Source of the DNA: Eubacteriales bacterium
GTDB lineage: Bacteria > Bacillota > Clostridia > Oscillospirales > CAG-272
Direction of reading: 5' to 3'
Assembly: GCA_045658315.1 (NCBI GenBank)
Contig: JAZOUV010000006.1
Location: forward strand, 27,094 to 91,093
DNA length: 64,000 nt
Translations under genes and position numbers: made by a program
Notes under the pieces: model-generated
Databases searched by the model: none
What the model was told of the DNA's origin: nothing
The model's input: the letters and a program-made list of their open reading frames with translations, nothing else
Part shown: piece after piece, positions 1 through 8,637 of the stretch
How the letters are laid out: every line of letters starts with the position of its first letter
Position numbering within the stretch: the stretch's first letter is position 1

Positions 1-68
1 CAGGTACAGATACAAGATTCGGAGTTAAATTCGAGCAATCCATCCCCGACCTTATCAGAAAACTGGGG

Positions 69-569
69 TTATAATAACATCATCAATACCAAAACCATTA
101 AAATATCGTCTTCGGATTTGCTGTTAAGCATAAGCATTATCATAGCACAGATCAACACGTCTTCCGGCTCAAAGCTTCTTTCCCCAAGACCTTCAATTAT
201 TTTACGCAAACCGCTTTCCTGTTGTTTATCAACAGCTTTCAAAGGCGGGTTGAAATGGGAAAATGCCGTTCTGTCCGGCCGTCTCGGCGGAACTCTCCGC
301 CTATCTGAATAAGATGAATCGTTATTTACCAGCCTTTCTATCCCCTCGGCATTCATTCCGCTGTAAAAAGAGCCGTTTTTATCGTATATCATTCCTCTGT
401 AATTTGGAGGCGGTTCAGGAAGACCGCTTTCCAATTCCGATATTTCGTCTGTAAGCTGTTCTTCTTCAACAGGCTCTTGTCTTTCGGGAATGATTTCCGC
501 CTGCCGCCTTTCCGGCACTCGCCTCTGAACACCCCTGCCGCTTGTGTTTCGGCTATACATATATATCAA
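69..569 (-). CDS. hypothetical protein (166 aa), Arg/Glu/Pro-rich with a hydrophobic C-terminal tail
   Basis: Longest ORF here. Last gene of a tightly packed 3-gene minus-strand unit, 17 nt after the upstream stop. Start is ambiguous (TTG 569 or ATG 560). No family recognised. Confidence 0.5.
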   Translation of the reverse strand: MIYMYSRNTSGRGVQRRVPERRQAEIIPERQEPVEEEQLTDEISELESGLPEPPPNYRGMIYDKNGSFYSGMNAEGIERLVNNDSSYSDRRRVPPRRPDRTAFSHFNPPLKAVDKQQESGLRKIIEGLGERSFEPEDVLICAMIMLMLNSKSEDDILMVLVLMMLL

Positions 570-586
570 CTCACTTTCACAAGGTT

Positions 587-955
587 TTAAAGAAACGACC
601 CAAAAAGACCGGTCTTTTCACTCAACTGAACAAACTTTAGTATCTTTATTATTCCATCTATCTTATCGCATCTTTCAGTACCGACATAGGGTTTCAACGC
701 CAACAGCAGTCTTATAAGATTCTCGGCATCGTCTCCCTTACGGTTTTTTCTATGGTGAACACCTCTGTCTGCATCCTCGCACTGCTCTTTTTCTTTACAT
801 TCGAGCTTCTGCGGATTTTTTTCTCCGTAATCATTTTTTTCATGCTCTTCGGCACTGTTTTTGAGCTTACCTGCTATCCCCATCAACGTTTTCATCATCT
901 CGGGGTTTTCGGCAAGCTTACTTACTATATCGCCAATTTCATTTGAACCGTTCAT
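587..955 (-). CDS. hypothetical protein (122 aa), charged centre with an amphipathic C-terminus
   Basis: ATG at 955 lies 9 nt after the upstream stop at 965, so it is operonic. No family recognised with confidence. Confidence 0.5.
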   Translation of the reverse strand: MNGSNEIGDIVSKLAENPEMMKTLMGIAGKLKNSAEEHEKNDYGEKNPQKLECKEKEQCEDADRGVHHRKNRKGDDAENLIRLLLALKPYVGTERCDKIDGIIKILKFVQLSEKTGLFGSFL

Positions 956-964
956 AACCGTATC

Positions 965-1210
965 CTATATATCTGCTTGTTTCTTTATATTGTTCAAGGT
1001 TTCCTCGTCAAGCAAAGACAGTGCATTCTGAAGATCCCTCTCCGACATATTCCCCAAGCCCTTTCTCAACCTCGATATATCGGAAACCGTCTGTTCTACC
1101 CGTCTTCCGCTTACTCCCGCACTTTGAGCAATTGCACGCACTATGTTTTTTAATTCTTCATCACTTATCGTGTCAAGCTTGCTCATTATTTGTCTCTTAT
1201 CGATTTCCAT
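965..1210 (-). CDS. hypothetical small protein (81 aa)
   Basis: The ORF-track 126-aa ORF is trimmed to the internal ATG at 1210 (MEIDKRQIMSKL...). That ATG is preceded by AAAGGAGAA. The longer form would run across the divergent gene start at 1302. Confidence 0.5.
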   Translation of the reverse strand: MEIDKRQIMSKLDTISDEELKNIVRAIAQSAGVSGRRVEQTVSDISRLRKGLGNMSERDLQNALSLLDEETLNNIKKQADI

Positions 1211-1301
1211 AAATATGTTCTCCTTTTGAATAATAGTTTTTATATTCATAAGCAGTATATGTTTAAATTTTTCTCGGGTTACACAAAAAGGATAAAAATA
1301 T

Positions 1302-1823
1302 ATGAAAATACTGATTTTTTCCGACAGCCACGGTAGCTCCGCCAATATACTGAGGGCAATTAAACTGCATCCCGATGCACAAATGTTGCTTCATTTAGGG
1401 GACGGCGTTGACGATCTGCACAACATAAAACAAGCATTTCCGAACCTTTATACCGTTTGTGTAAACGGCAATTATGAAGATAATTTTTTCTCTCAAAAAA
1501 GCGGTAAATTATCCGATGTCGTTACTGTTCTTGATAAAAAAATATTTATGTGCCACGGCCATAGATTTAACGTAAGCTTTTCAAAGCAAAGCCTTATGTA
1601 CGCCGCCCTCGAACAAGGTGCCGACATTGTCCTCTACGGTCATACTCACACAAAACATAACGAATACATTCCCAACGACAAACCAAACGAAACCATTAAA
1701 AACGGGCTGTACATTTTTAATCCCGGCAGTATTTCCCGCCCCAGAGACGGTGTTTATCCATCTTTCGGTCTTGTTGAAATACGAAACGACGGCATACTTT
1801 TGTCTCACGGTATTATAAAATAA
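1302..1823 (+). CDS. YfcE/MJ0936-type metallophosphoesterase
   Basis: Motifs MKILIFSDSHG, GDGVDD, GNYED, CHGH and GHTH match the calcineurin-like phosphoesterase pattern (DxH / GD / GN / H / GH). Confidence 0.85.
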   Translation: MKILIFSDSHGSSANILRAIKLHPDAQMLLHLGDGVDDLHNIKQAFPNLYTVCVNGNYEDNFFSQKSGKLSDVVTVLDKKIFMCHGHRFNVSFSKQSLMYAALEQGADIVLYGHTHTKHNEYIPNDKPNETIKNGLYIFNPGSISRPRDGVYPSFGLVEIRNDGILLSHGIIK

Positions 1824-1836
1824 TAAAGGAACTGTT

Positions 1837-2322
1837 ATGAGATACACACCTAAAATCAATAAAAACATTGCCACAGCAATAATTTTGTTTCTCGTTACAG
1901 CCTCTCTCGTTTTTGGAGGCTGTTCGTTTGTTATCAACAACATATCGTCAAATATATTGAAAATTGCATCGCTTCTATTCTTTATGACAGCAGTATTGAC
2001 AGCAACACACCTCGTTATCTGTTCATATACATATATACTTGACGATTTTGAGTTTATTATAGTACAAAAAATCGGAAAAACAGTCAAAACCGTCTGCAGA
2101 CTGTACTATACAGATATCACATTAGTTCTACCCCTTAATGATGCAAAAGATAAATTAAAAGGGAGAATTCAACACAATTACCGTGTTACAATGCTTCCGC
2201 AAAAAACCTACTGTCTTTTCTATGAATTTGAAAACGAATCGGGCGTTATATTCTTTGAACCCAATGACGATTTTACGTTGCTTTTAAAAAAACACCTTCA
2301 AGACGATATACTTAACGATTAA
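1837..2322 (+). CDS. hypothetical membrane protein (two predicted TM helices plus a soluble C-terminal domain)
   Basis: ORF begins 14 nt after the previous stop. Two hydrophobic stretches (IATAIILFLVTASLVFGG, IASLLFFMTAVLTATHLVI). No family recognised. Confidence 0.55.
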   Translation: MRYTPKINKNIATAIILFLVTASLVFGGCSFVINNISSNILKIASLLFFMTAVLTATHLVICSYTYILDDFEFIIVQKIGKTVKTVCRLYYTDITLVLPLNDAKDKLKGRIQHNYRVTMLPQKTYCLFYEFENESGVIFFEPNDDFTLLLKKHLQDDILND

Positions 2323-2354
2323 AATATACTCTCCTGAAAGGATAACTTCTTTGT

Positions 2355-3536
2355 ATGAACGCACTTTTCAAACTATTTATTAAAAACGCGGAAGAAACCT
2401 CCGACCCTGCCGTTAGAAATGCCTACGGTAACTTTACAGGCATATTCGGTATAATTTCAAATATTATCTTGTTTTTGGTAAAAGTTTCTATCGGAATAAT
2501 CACCTCCAGCATCTCGGTTACTGCCGATGCAATAAATAACCTATGCGATGCCGGCTCTTCCGTTATAACCGTTTTCGGATTTAAAATTGCAGGAAAGCCC
2601 GCCGATGCGAAACACCCCTACGGTCATGCACGTATGGAGTATATTTCGGGACTTATCGTCTCCTGCCTTATTACCGCTATCGGCTTTGACCTTGCGATAA
2701 ACTCGGTCGAAAAAATTATCAACCCCACAGAAACCAACTATTCCGTTATCACTATTGTTATACTTTCTCTTACGGTACTCGTTAAAATATTTCAATCCAT
2801 CGTTTACCGTTCTGCAGGCAAAAAAATTGCTTCCCAGGCTCTTATTGCATCGTCAACCGACAGTTTAAATGATGTTATTTCCACTGTAGTTGTAATTATC
2901 GGCAGCATCATCGGACTCACTATCGGCATAAAAATTGACGGCTGGCTCGGTTGTGCTCTTGCCATGTTTGTTATCTATTCTGGTATAAAGCTTATAATCG
3001 AAACGTCAGATCCCTTGCTCGGTGCCGCCCCCGATGAAGAGCTTGTAAACAAGCTTTCCGAAAAAATACTAAGCTATGACGGCGTTATCGGTATTCACGA
3101 CCTCGTCGTACACAACTACGGCTTCGGCCGCTGTTTTGCCTCAGTTCACGCAGAGGTACCCGCAAGCACCAACATTCTTCTGAGCCACGACACAATAGAT
3201 AATATAGAATTTGAAGTACTCGAACAAATGAATATCCACCTGGTTATTCATCTCGACCCTATTGAAACGGACAATTCCGCCGTTAATGACCTTAAAACGG
3301 CAATTCAAATCATATTGCAGAGTAAAGATCCCCGAATTTCCCTGCATGATTTCAGAGTAGTATTCGGAGACACTCACACCAATCTTATCTTCGATGTCAA
3401 TCTTCCCTTTGACTATAAGACAGATGACCAATTCTTCTGTTCGGAGATTACAAAAGATATAAGAAGGATCGACCCTTCTTACAATACCGTAATAACGGTT
3501 GACCGAAACTATATGAATTCAAGAAACAAGAATTGA
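2355..3536 (+). CDS. cation diffusion facilitator (CDF) family metal efflux transporter
   Basis: Six hydrophobic segments, a TADAINNLCD motif in TM2, HPYGHARMEY after TM3, and a C-terminal cytoplasmic domain. This architecture is typical of CzcD/YdfM-like CDF proteins. Confidence 0.85.
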   Translation: MNALFKLFIKNAEETSDPAVRNAYGNFTGIFGIISNIILFLVKVSIGIITSSISVTADAINNLCDAGSSVITVFGFKIAGKPADAKHPYGHARMEYISGLIVSCLITAIGFDLAINSVEKIINPTETNYSVITIVILSLTVLVKIFQSIVYRSAGKKIASQALIASSTDSLNDVISTVVVIIGSIIGLTIGIKIDGWLGCALAMFVIYSGIKLIIETSDPLLGAAPDEELVNKLSEKILSYDGVIGIHDLVVHNYGFGRCFASVHAEVPASTNILLSHDTIDNIEFEVLEQMNIHLVIHLDPIETDNSAVNDLKTAIQIILQSKDPRISLHDFRVVFGDTHTNLIFDVNLPFDYKTDDQFFCSEITKDIRRIDPSYNTVITVDRNYMNSRNKN

Positions 3537-3550
3537 TAAAAACAAAACTC

Positions 3551-3657
3551 CACCTCTATATACTGTACAAACAACTAAGATGAGGAAGAATCCAAAGAGG
3601 TCTCCTCTTTGGATTCTTCATTGGTTTGTACGTAGTTATAATGACAACATAGAGGTG
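3551..3657. repeat. long three-tier imperfect inverted repeat (compound hairpin) between convergent genes
   Basis: Inner perfect 16-bp stem GAAGAATCCAAAGAGG/CCTCTTTGGATTCTTC with a 3-nt loop. Middle tier GTACAAAC/GTTTGTAC. Outer tier CACCTCTAT/ATAGAGGTG. No U-tract on either strand. Confidence 0.6.
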
Positions 3658-3739
3658 AAGTGCTATTTATAGATAGGTATTGTAAAAATACTGTCTACAA
3701 GTAAAACCGCACATCTATGCATTTAAACACAATATTTTT

Positions 3740-3770
3740 GGGCTATTGTTTGCTTTTCAAACAATAGCCC
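3740..3770 (-). terminator. 13-bp GC-headed hairpin just downstream of yigZ (atypical terminator)
   Basis: GGGCTATTGTTTG-CTTTT-CAAACAATAGCCC starts 4 nt after the stop at 3775. In either orientation the flanks are T5 before and A4-5 after the hairpin, so no canonical U-tract follows the stem. Confidence 0.4.
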
Positions 3771-3774
3771 AAAA

Positions 3775-4422
3775 TCATATTTTATCAAAACGTTCACCTG
3801 TTTTTTTTGCAAATATACGCCCCGCACTTATCTCGGACAACTTAACGTTAAATTCTTCAAAAAAAGGTGTCTTTATAGCCAATTTCAATTTAACGGTATC
3901 ACTGTAGTCAATGCCGTCTTCTATAATATCAAAAAACTGACACTCATAATGTATCTTGTCGTGGTCTGCATAAGAACATTCCACCTCAAACTCCGTATAA
4001 TCCGTATATGTTATTATTTGAGCGTCCTCGGCAGCCCCCTTCGCCGCCGCTGTATATGCACGCACAAGACCGCCCTTTCCCAATAATATACCGCCAAAAT
4101 AACGTGTTACAACTATAACCGCGTCGGTAAATCCCGTTTTTCTTATTACGTCAAGTACAGGCATTCCCGCCGTTCCTGCAGGCTCGCCGTCATCGCTGTA
4201 ACGTGTTGTGTTAGTATCCTTCAATACGTATGCATAAACATTGTGCCGTGCATCGGAATTTTTTTTCTTTATTTGATTAATAAAATCCACGGCATCCTTT
4301 TCCTCGGTTACCCTCTTTGCATAACCGTAAAACACCGACTTGTCAATAGTTATCTCAAAAAAGCCCTCTCCGCCTAACGTCGTATAAAGCTTTTCCTTTC
4401 CGACATTGCCCTTCTCTTTCAT
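3775..4422 (-). CDS. yigZ: YigZ / IMPACT-family protein (UPF0029)
   Basis: HNVYAYVL and DDGEPAGTAGMPVL motifs plus a C-terminal DUF1949-like half. The size (215 aa) is typical. Confidence 0.8.
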   Translation of the reverse strand: MKEKGNVGKEKLYTTLGGEGFFEITIDKSVFYGYAKRVTEEKDAVDFINQIKKKNSDARHNVYAYVLKDTNTTRYSDDGEPAGTAGMPVLDVIRKTGFTDAVIVVTRYFGGILLGKGGLVRAYTAAAKGAAEDAQIITYTDYTEFEVECSYADHDKIHYECQFFDIIEDGIDYSDTVKLKLAIKTPFFEEFNVKLSEISAGRIFAKKTGERFDKI

Positions 4423-4431
4423 ACTCTAAAC

Positions 4432-5733
4432 TCACTTTACAAGATATTTTGTAAGCATACCCTTTGTCTTCAAATCAACAGTCGCTTTGAATCTTACACC
4501 TTCCGCAAGGTATTCTGTATCAAGGATAACTGCATTTTTATATAAAACATTAACCATAGATTGCTCGTTGTGGGGAAACAAAAACACCTCGTTTGTCTTG
4601 CCGTCATTCACAAGCGATTCTATTCTTTCGATAAGCGTATCAACACCCTTGCCGGTCTTAGCTGATATAAAGAAAATGTTGTTTTCTCCGCCGTCTTGCT
4701 TAACTTTCGGCATAATATCCGTTTCAACGTCGCATTTATTATAGACGTAAAGAATAGGCTTTCCAACAGCACCAAGTTCTTCAAGAAGCCCTTCTGTTAC
4801 GGCAAGCTGATTATGACACTCGGGTTCAGATGCATCTATCATTACAAGTACAGCATCGGAATAAACAACCTCTTCTAATGTGGAGCGAAATGCTTTAATA
4901 AGATGGTGTGGCAGATTTCTGATAAATCCAACGGTATCAGTAAGAAGTATCTCATTCCCCGAAGGCAGTTCATATTTTCTCGTCGTAGGATCAAGCGTTG
5001 CAAAAAGCTTATTTTCGGCAAGTATCCCCGCCCCCGTAAGATAGTTCAAAAACGTGCTCTTTCCCGCATTCGTATAGCCTGCAATGGCAATTTTAAAAAG
5101 TCCGGATTTATCTCTCTGTTTACGCTGAACGCTTCTGTTTTTTTCAAGTAATTCAAGCTCATCCTCAAGAGCATCCATACGGCGTTTTATATGACGCCTG
5201 TCACTCTCTAACTTTGACTCCCCGGGACCTCGTGTGCCAATACCGCCGCCCTGTCTTGAAAGCTGTAACCCCTTACCCGTAAGCCTCGGTGTAGTATACT
5301 TCAAAAGTGCCAATTCTACCTGCAATTTTCCCTCTCCCGTCTTTGCGTGCAAGGCAAATATATCAAGAATAAGCATACTTCTGTCCATAACAAATATGTC
5401 GCTGTCTTCGCCGTTCACCTCTTTTTCAATATTGCGTATCTGTGAGGGAGACAGCTCGGTATCAAATACAACAAGAGTTGCATCATTGTTCTTGCAAAGC
5501 TCAGCTAACTCTTTTATCTTTCCGCTTCCAATATATGTTCCCGGATCGGGTGAAGTTTTAAACTGAGTCATGCGTGCAACACATTCACCGCCTGCTGTTT
5601 CAAGCAATCGCTCAAGCTCGTCGAGAGAAACCTCAGCACTGTCTCTGTCATCACCGCGGAATACCGCACTTACAAGCACAGCCTTTGTTATTTCCTTGTC
5701 CTGTGTATCATTAAATATATTTAATTCAGGCAT
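4432..5733 (-). CDS. hflX: GTPase HflX
   Basis: N-terminal HflX domain and a coiled linker (RRHIKRRMDALEDELE). G-domain motifs GYTNAGKST, DTVGFI and NKCD. Confidence 0.9.
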   Translation of the reverse strand: MPELNIFNDTQDKEITKAVLVSAVFRGDDRDSAEVSLDELERLLETAGGECVARMTQFKTSPDPGTYIGSGKIKELAELCKNNDATLVVFDTELSPSQIRNIEKEVNGEDSDIFVMDRSMLILDIFALHAKTGEGKLQVELALLKYTTPRLTGKGLQLSRQGGGIGTRGPGESKLESDRRHIKRRMDALEDELELLEKNRSVQRKQRDKSGLFKIAIAGYTNAGKSTFLNYLTGAGILAENKLFATLDPTTRKYELPSGNEILLTDTVGFIRNLPHHLIKAFRSTLEEVVYSDAVLVMIDASEPECHNQLAVTEGLLEELGAVGKPILYVYNKCDVETDIMPKVKQDGGENNIFFISAKTGKGVDTLIERIESLVNDGKTNEVFLFPHNEQSMVNVLYKNAVILDTEYLAEGVRFKATVDLKTKGMLTKYLVK

Positions 5734-5752
5734 TTTTCCACCTCATTTCAGC

Positions 5753-5799
5753 TAAAAAAACAAAAAGGGTAAGATGTGCGGAAAAACGACATCTTACCC
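5753..5799 (-). terminator. rho-independent terminator of rpmE
   Basis: 11-bp stem GGGTAAGATGT/ACATCTTACCC, followed on the minus strand by a U-run (A-run 5753-5766 on +). Confidence 0.8.
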
Positions 5800-5818
5800 G
5801 TTGTTAGTCCAAGGTCAA

Positions 5819-6022
5819 TTATTTTGCCTTGTTCAAGCGCTGTTTGAACTTGTCAACACGGCCGCCTGCATCTACGAACTTCTGCTTGCCCGTAAAGAAA
5901 GGGTGACACTTTGAACAAATTTCAACACGCATATCGCCCTTTGTGGAACGAGTCTTAACCTCTGCGCCGCATGCACATTTGATGGTTGATTCTTTATAAT
6001 CCGGCTGAATAGCTGTCTTCAT
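5819..6022 (-). CDS. rpmE: 50S ribosomal protein L31 (Zn-ribbon type)
   Basis: 67 aa with the MK..IQP start, the [13 protein letters not shown] signature and a CxC...CxxC cysteine set. Confidence 0.95.
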   Translation of the reverse strand: MKTAIQPDYKESTIKCACGAEVKTRSTKGDMRVEICSKCHPFFTGKQKFVDAGGRVDKFKQRLNKAK

Positions 6023-6203
6023 TGCACTTTACCTCTTTTCAGTTTTTTACATATTGCATTGTATTATAACACATGTATTTTGATTTTTCAAGAGTAATCC
6101 AATATTTTTTCCAAAAAAATGTTAATTTTTTTTAAAGCCTGTTCAACAGTTGCCCATTTTAGTGTATAATATATTGCAAATCCACATAAAAAAGGGTACT
6201 TCT

Positions 6204-7094
6204 ATGACAAACACAATTGCTGTAAATAAAATTAATTGGAAGATAATTGACATTTCCGACCGAGATGTTTTTGAAAATACGGGCGAAAACAAAGAGGGCA
6301 TCGCTATGTTCGGCTTTGCTTCCCTTTTTTTCTGGAAGGAATATTACAAAACCTCATACGCTTTTATAAACGGCAATATTGTCTGTCGCGGACTATCCGA
6401 TAAGGGAAGTTGTATTTTCTATTTTCCAAGAGGTTTAAACAAAAATATTAAAGAAACAATTGATTATATTATATCCGTTTGCGATAATAATATTAAATTT
6501 TTGCCTCTGACCGAGGAGGTCACAAATAAGATTACAAAAGCATATTCCAATGCCAAAGTTTCGCTTCTTGACGGCAAGTGCGAATATGTATATAAACAAG
6601 ATGACTTAGCAAACCTTGAAGGTAAAAAATATCACGCAAAACGTAACCACATTGCAAAATTTGACAAAAATTACGATTCTGAATATATAAATATAAATAG
6701 TGAAAACACTTTTCTGCTCAAGGAATGCTCGGAGCATTTGTATAATATTATTGAAAACAGCCCCAAAGACGAATATCTTGCTATAAAATGTGCTATAGAG
6801 CATTTTGAAGAACTTAAGCTCCGTGCAGGTGTACTGACGGTTGACGGCAAGTTTGTTGCGTATTCTATCGGCTCTTCCATAAATGAAGATACAGCCGATA
6901 TTCACTTTGAAAAAGCAGATAGAAGTTATGACGGCAGTTACGCGAAAATAAACAACAGCTTTGCCAAGTACGCCTGGACTGATAAAAAACTCCTCAACCG
7001 TGAGGAAGATTTGGGGATAGAAGGTCTGCGTAAAGCGAAACTTTCTTATCATCCTTGTCATCTCAACCAGATGTACTCAGTTGAATTATTTTGA
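6204..7094 (+). CDS. stand-alone DUF2156 protein (resembles the C-terminal domain of MprF lysyl-PG synthase)
   Basis: The KYHAKRNHIAKF and IHFEKADRSYDGSY motifs and the ~300-aa size match my recollection of the DUF2156 acyltransferase-fold family. Start moved to ATG 6204, because the ORF-track start at 6150 is a TTG without an RBS. Confidence 0.6.
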   Translation: MTNTIAVNKINWKIIDISDRDVFENTGENKEGIAMFGFASLFFWKEYYKTSYAFINGNIVCRGLSDKGSCIFYFPRGLNKNIKETIDYIISVCDNNIKFLPLTEEVTNKITKAYSNAKVSLLDGKCEYVYKQDDLANLEGKKYHAKRNHIAKFDKNYDSEYININSENTFLLKECSEHLYNIIENSPKDEYLAIKCAIEHFEELKLRAGVLTVDGKFVAYSIGSSINEDTADIHFEKADRSYDGSYAKINNSFAKYAWTDKKLLNREEDLGIEGLRKAKLSYHPCHLNQMYSVELF

Positions 7095-7102
7095 AAAAAC
7101 TC

Positions 7103-7131
7103 TTGCTTTTTTGGGTGCATTGTGTTATAAT
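7103..7131 (+). promoter_or_regulatory. sigmaA-type promoter of the pheST leader
   Basis: TTGCTT (7103-7108), 17-nt spacer, TATAAT (7126-7131) with an extended -10 TGT. Confidence 0.65.
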
Positions 7132-7149
7132 GCCTCATATTTATAATTA

Positions 7150-7413
7150 AGAAACACATTGAAGAAGTTTGGCAGGTCGCACCAAGACATATCCAGAGAG
7201 GGTTGCCATTTTCGGCTGTAAGCAACCTTGTGTCTGCGTACTTTTTGCATTTCGCTTCCGAGTGGAACAGATGAAATTTTCAGTAGTCTTTTACGGTGTA
7301 AGGCTCCGTTACCTGCCTTGTAAAGTGTTTGCTTTATTTAGCATAAATAAAGGTGGTACCGCGGAAAACTCACGTCTTTCGTCCTTTTGATAAAAGGATG
7401 AAAGACTTTTTTT
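7150..7413 (+). promoter_or_regulatory. T-box riboswitch leader (tRNA-Phe sensing) controlling pheS-pheT
   Basis: AGAGA bulge (7194-7198). Conserved T-box sequence AAAGGTGGTACCGCG (7349-7363). It overlaps the 5' side of the terminator GTCTTTCGTCCTTTT/AAAAGGATGAAAGAC plus T7 (7374-7413). A candidate UUC specifier lies at 7251-7253. Sits immediately upstream of pheS. Confidence 0.85.
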
Positions 7414-7581
7414 ATGGATTTTAACTCAAAAGCTTTTAAAAAAAGGGCGTCGAGGACATTGCCCTATAACCTTGTGTATTAGAGAGGCAAAGTTTTTGAG
7501 ATTTTAGGAAAATTTTTCAAAAAGTTCCCAAGTAATATTCGAATAATAAAAAATATCATATAAATTTGGAGTGATTAAAAA

Positions 7582-8619
7582 ATGAAAGAAAAGTTAGAAG
7601 CGTTGCTCCGTGAAGGAGCACAAAAGATCGACTCGGCAAAAAGCGAGAGTGAGCTTCAGGAAATTAAAGGTGCACTGCTCGGCAAGCAGGGTGCCGTAAC
7701 CGAACTCCTTAAAGAGATTCCTAAGCTTGACGTTGCTCTACGTCCCGAGATGGGAAAGGCCGTTAACAATGTAAAAAATTTGCTCACCGAGCACCTTGAA
7801 GGCAAGAGAGAAGAATTAAAGCTCAAAGCATCGGAAATATCACCCGACTTTGACTACACACTTCCCGGTATTGCTCCCCAAATCGGCGGACTTCACCCAA
7901 TTACCCAGATGTGTTATGACCTTAACGACGCATTTCGTTCCATGGGCTTTGAAATATTTCACGGCCCTGAAATAACAAGCGAATACTATGCTTTTGATAA
8001 CCTCAACTTCCCCCCTCAGCACCCTGCAAGAGAAAGTATGGACACATATTGGCTTGAAGGTCACGACTCGGGTGAGGCTAACGAAAAACTCTGTCTCCGC
8101 CCCCACTTGACGGGAGGCAGTGTACGCTATATGCAGACACACAAGCCACCCTATCGCTTTGTATATCCCGGCAGAGTTTACAGAAACGAAACGACAGATG
8201 CAAGACACGAAAGAGCCTTCTTCCAGTATGAAGCTCTCATCGTTGATAAAGACCTCACCTTTACATCGGGCAAGGTTATGATAAAGAGTATTCTGTCAAA
8301 GGTATTCGGTCAAGACGTTCCCGTAAGAATGCGTGCAGGCTTCTTCCCGTTTGTTGAACCCGGTTTTGAAATTGATATGGGTTGTCTTGTGTGTGGCGGC
8401 AAGGGTTGCAGCGTTTGTAAGCACGTAGGTTGGATAGAAATTATGCCCGGCGGCACACCTCACCCCAATGTTCTTCGTGCGGCAGGTGTTGACCCCGACG
8501 AATACACAGGCTTCTACGTAAATATCGGTCTCGACCGACTCGTTATGATGCGTTACGGTGTTGATGATGTTCGTCTGTTCCACGGTACAGACCTCAGATT
8601 CCTTAACCAGTTCCGCTAA
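7582..8619 (+). CDS. pheS: phenylalanine--tRNA ligase alpha subunit
   Basis: Class II aaRS motifs (HPARESMDT, RVYRNE, GFFPFVEPG, GLDRLVMM). 345 aa, followed directly by pheT. Confidence 0.97.
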   Translation: MKEKLEALLREGAQKIDSAKSESELQEIKGALLGKQGAVTELLKEIPKLDVALRPEMGKAVNNVKNLLTEHLEGKREELKLKASEISPDFDYTLPGIAPQIGGLHPITQMCYDLNDAFRSMGFEIFHGPEITSEYYAFDNLNFPPQHPARESMDTYWLEGHDSGEANEKLCLRPHLTGGSVRYMQTHKPPYRFVYPGRVYRNETTDARHERAFFQYEALIVDKDLTFTSGKVMIKSILSKVFGQDVPVRMRAGFFPFVEPGFEIDMGCLVCGGKGCSVCKHVGWIEIMPGGTPHPNVLRAAGVDPDEYTGFYVNIGLDRLVMMRYGVDDVRLFHGTDLRFLNQFR

Positions 8620-8637
8620 TTCAGGAGGGTAAACATT

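Noticed and set aside
1-68. Possible start of another minus-strand gene (ATG at 43) running off the 5' edge
   Set aside because: Only 14 codons are visible, which is too little to support a call.
3581-3673. 30-codon ORF inside the compound hairpin
   Set aside because: It has no RBS and its sequence is dictated by the inverted repeat, so it is more likely structural.
6170-6195. AAATCCACA near 6180 as a DnaA box or oriC candidate
   Set aside because: It is a single site with two mismatches to TTATCCACA, and I saw no cluster or AT-rich unwinding element nearby.
7169-7390. 73-aa ORF upstream of pheS
   Set aside because: It coincides with the T-box leader RNA (T-box sequence and terminator lie inside it) and is not coding.
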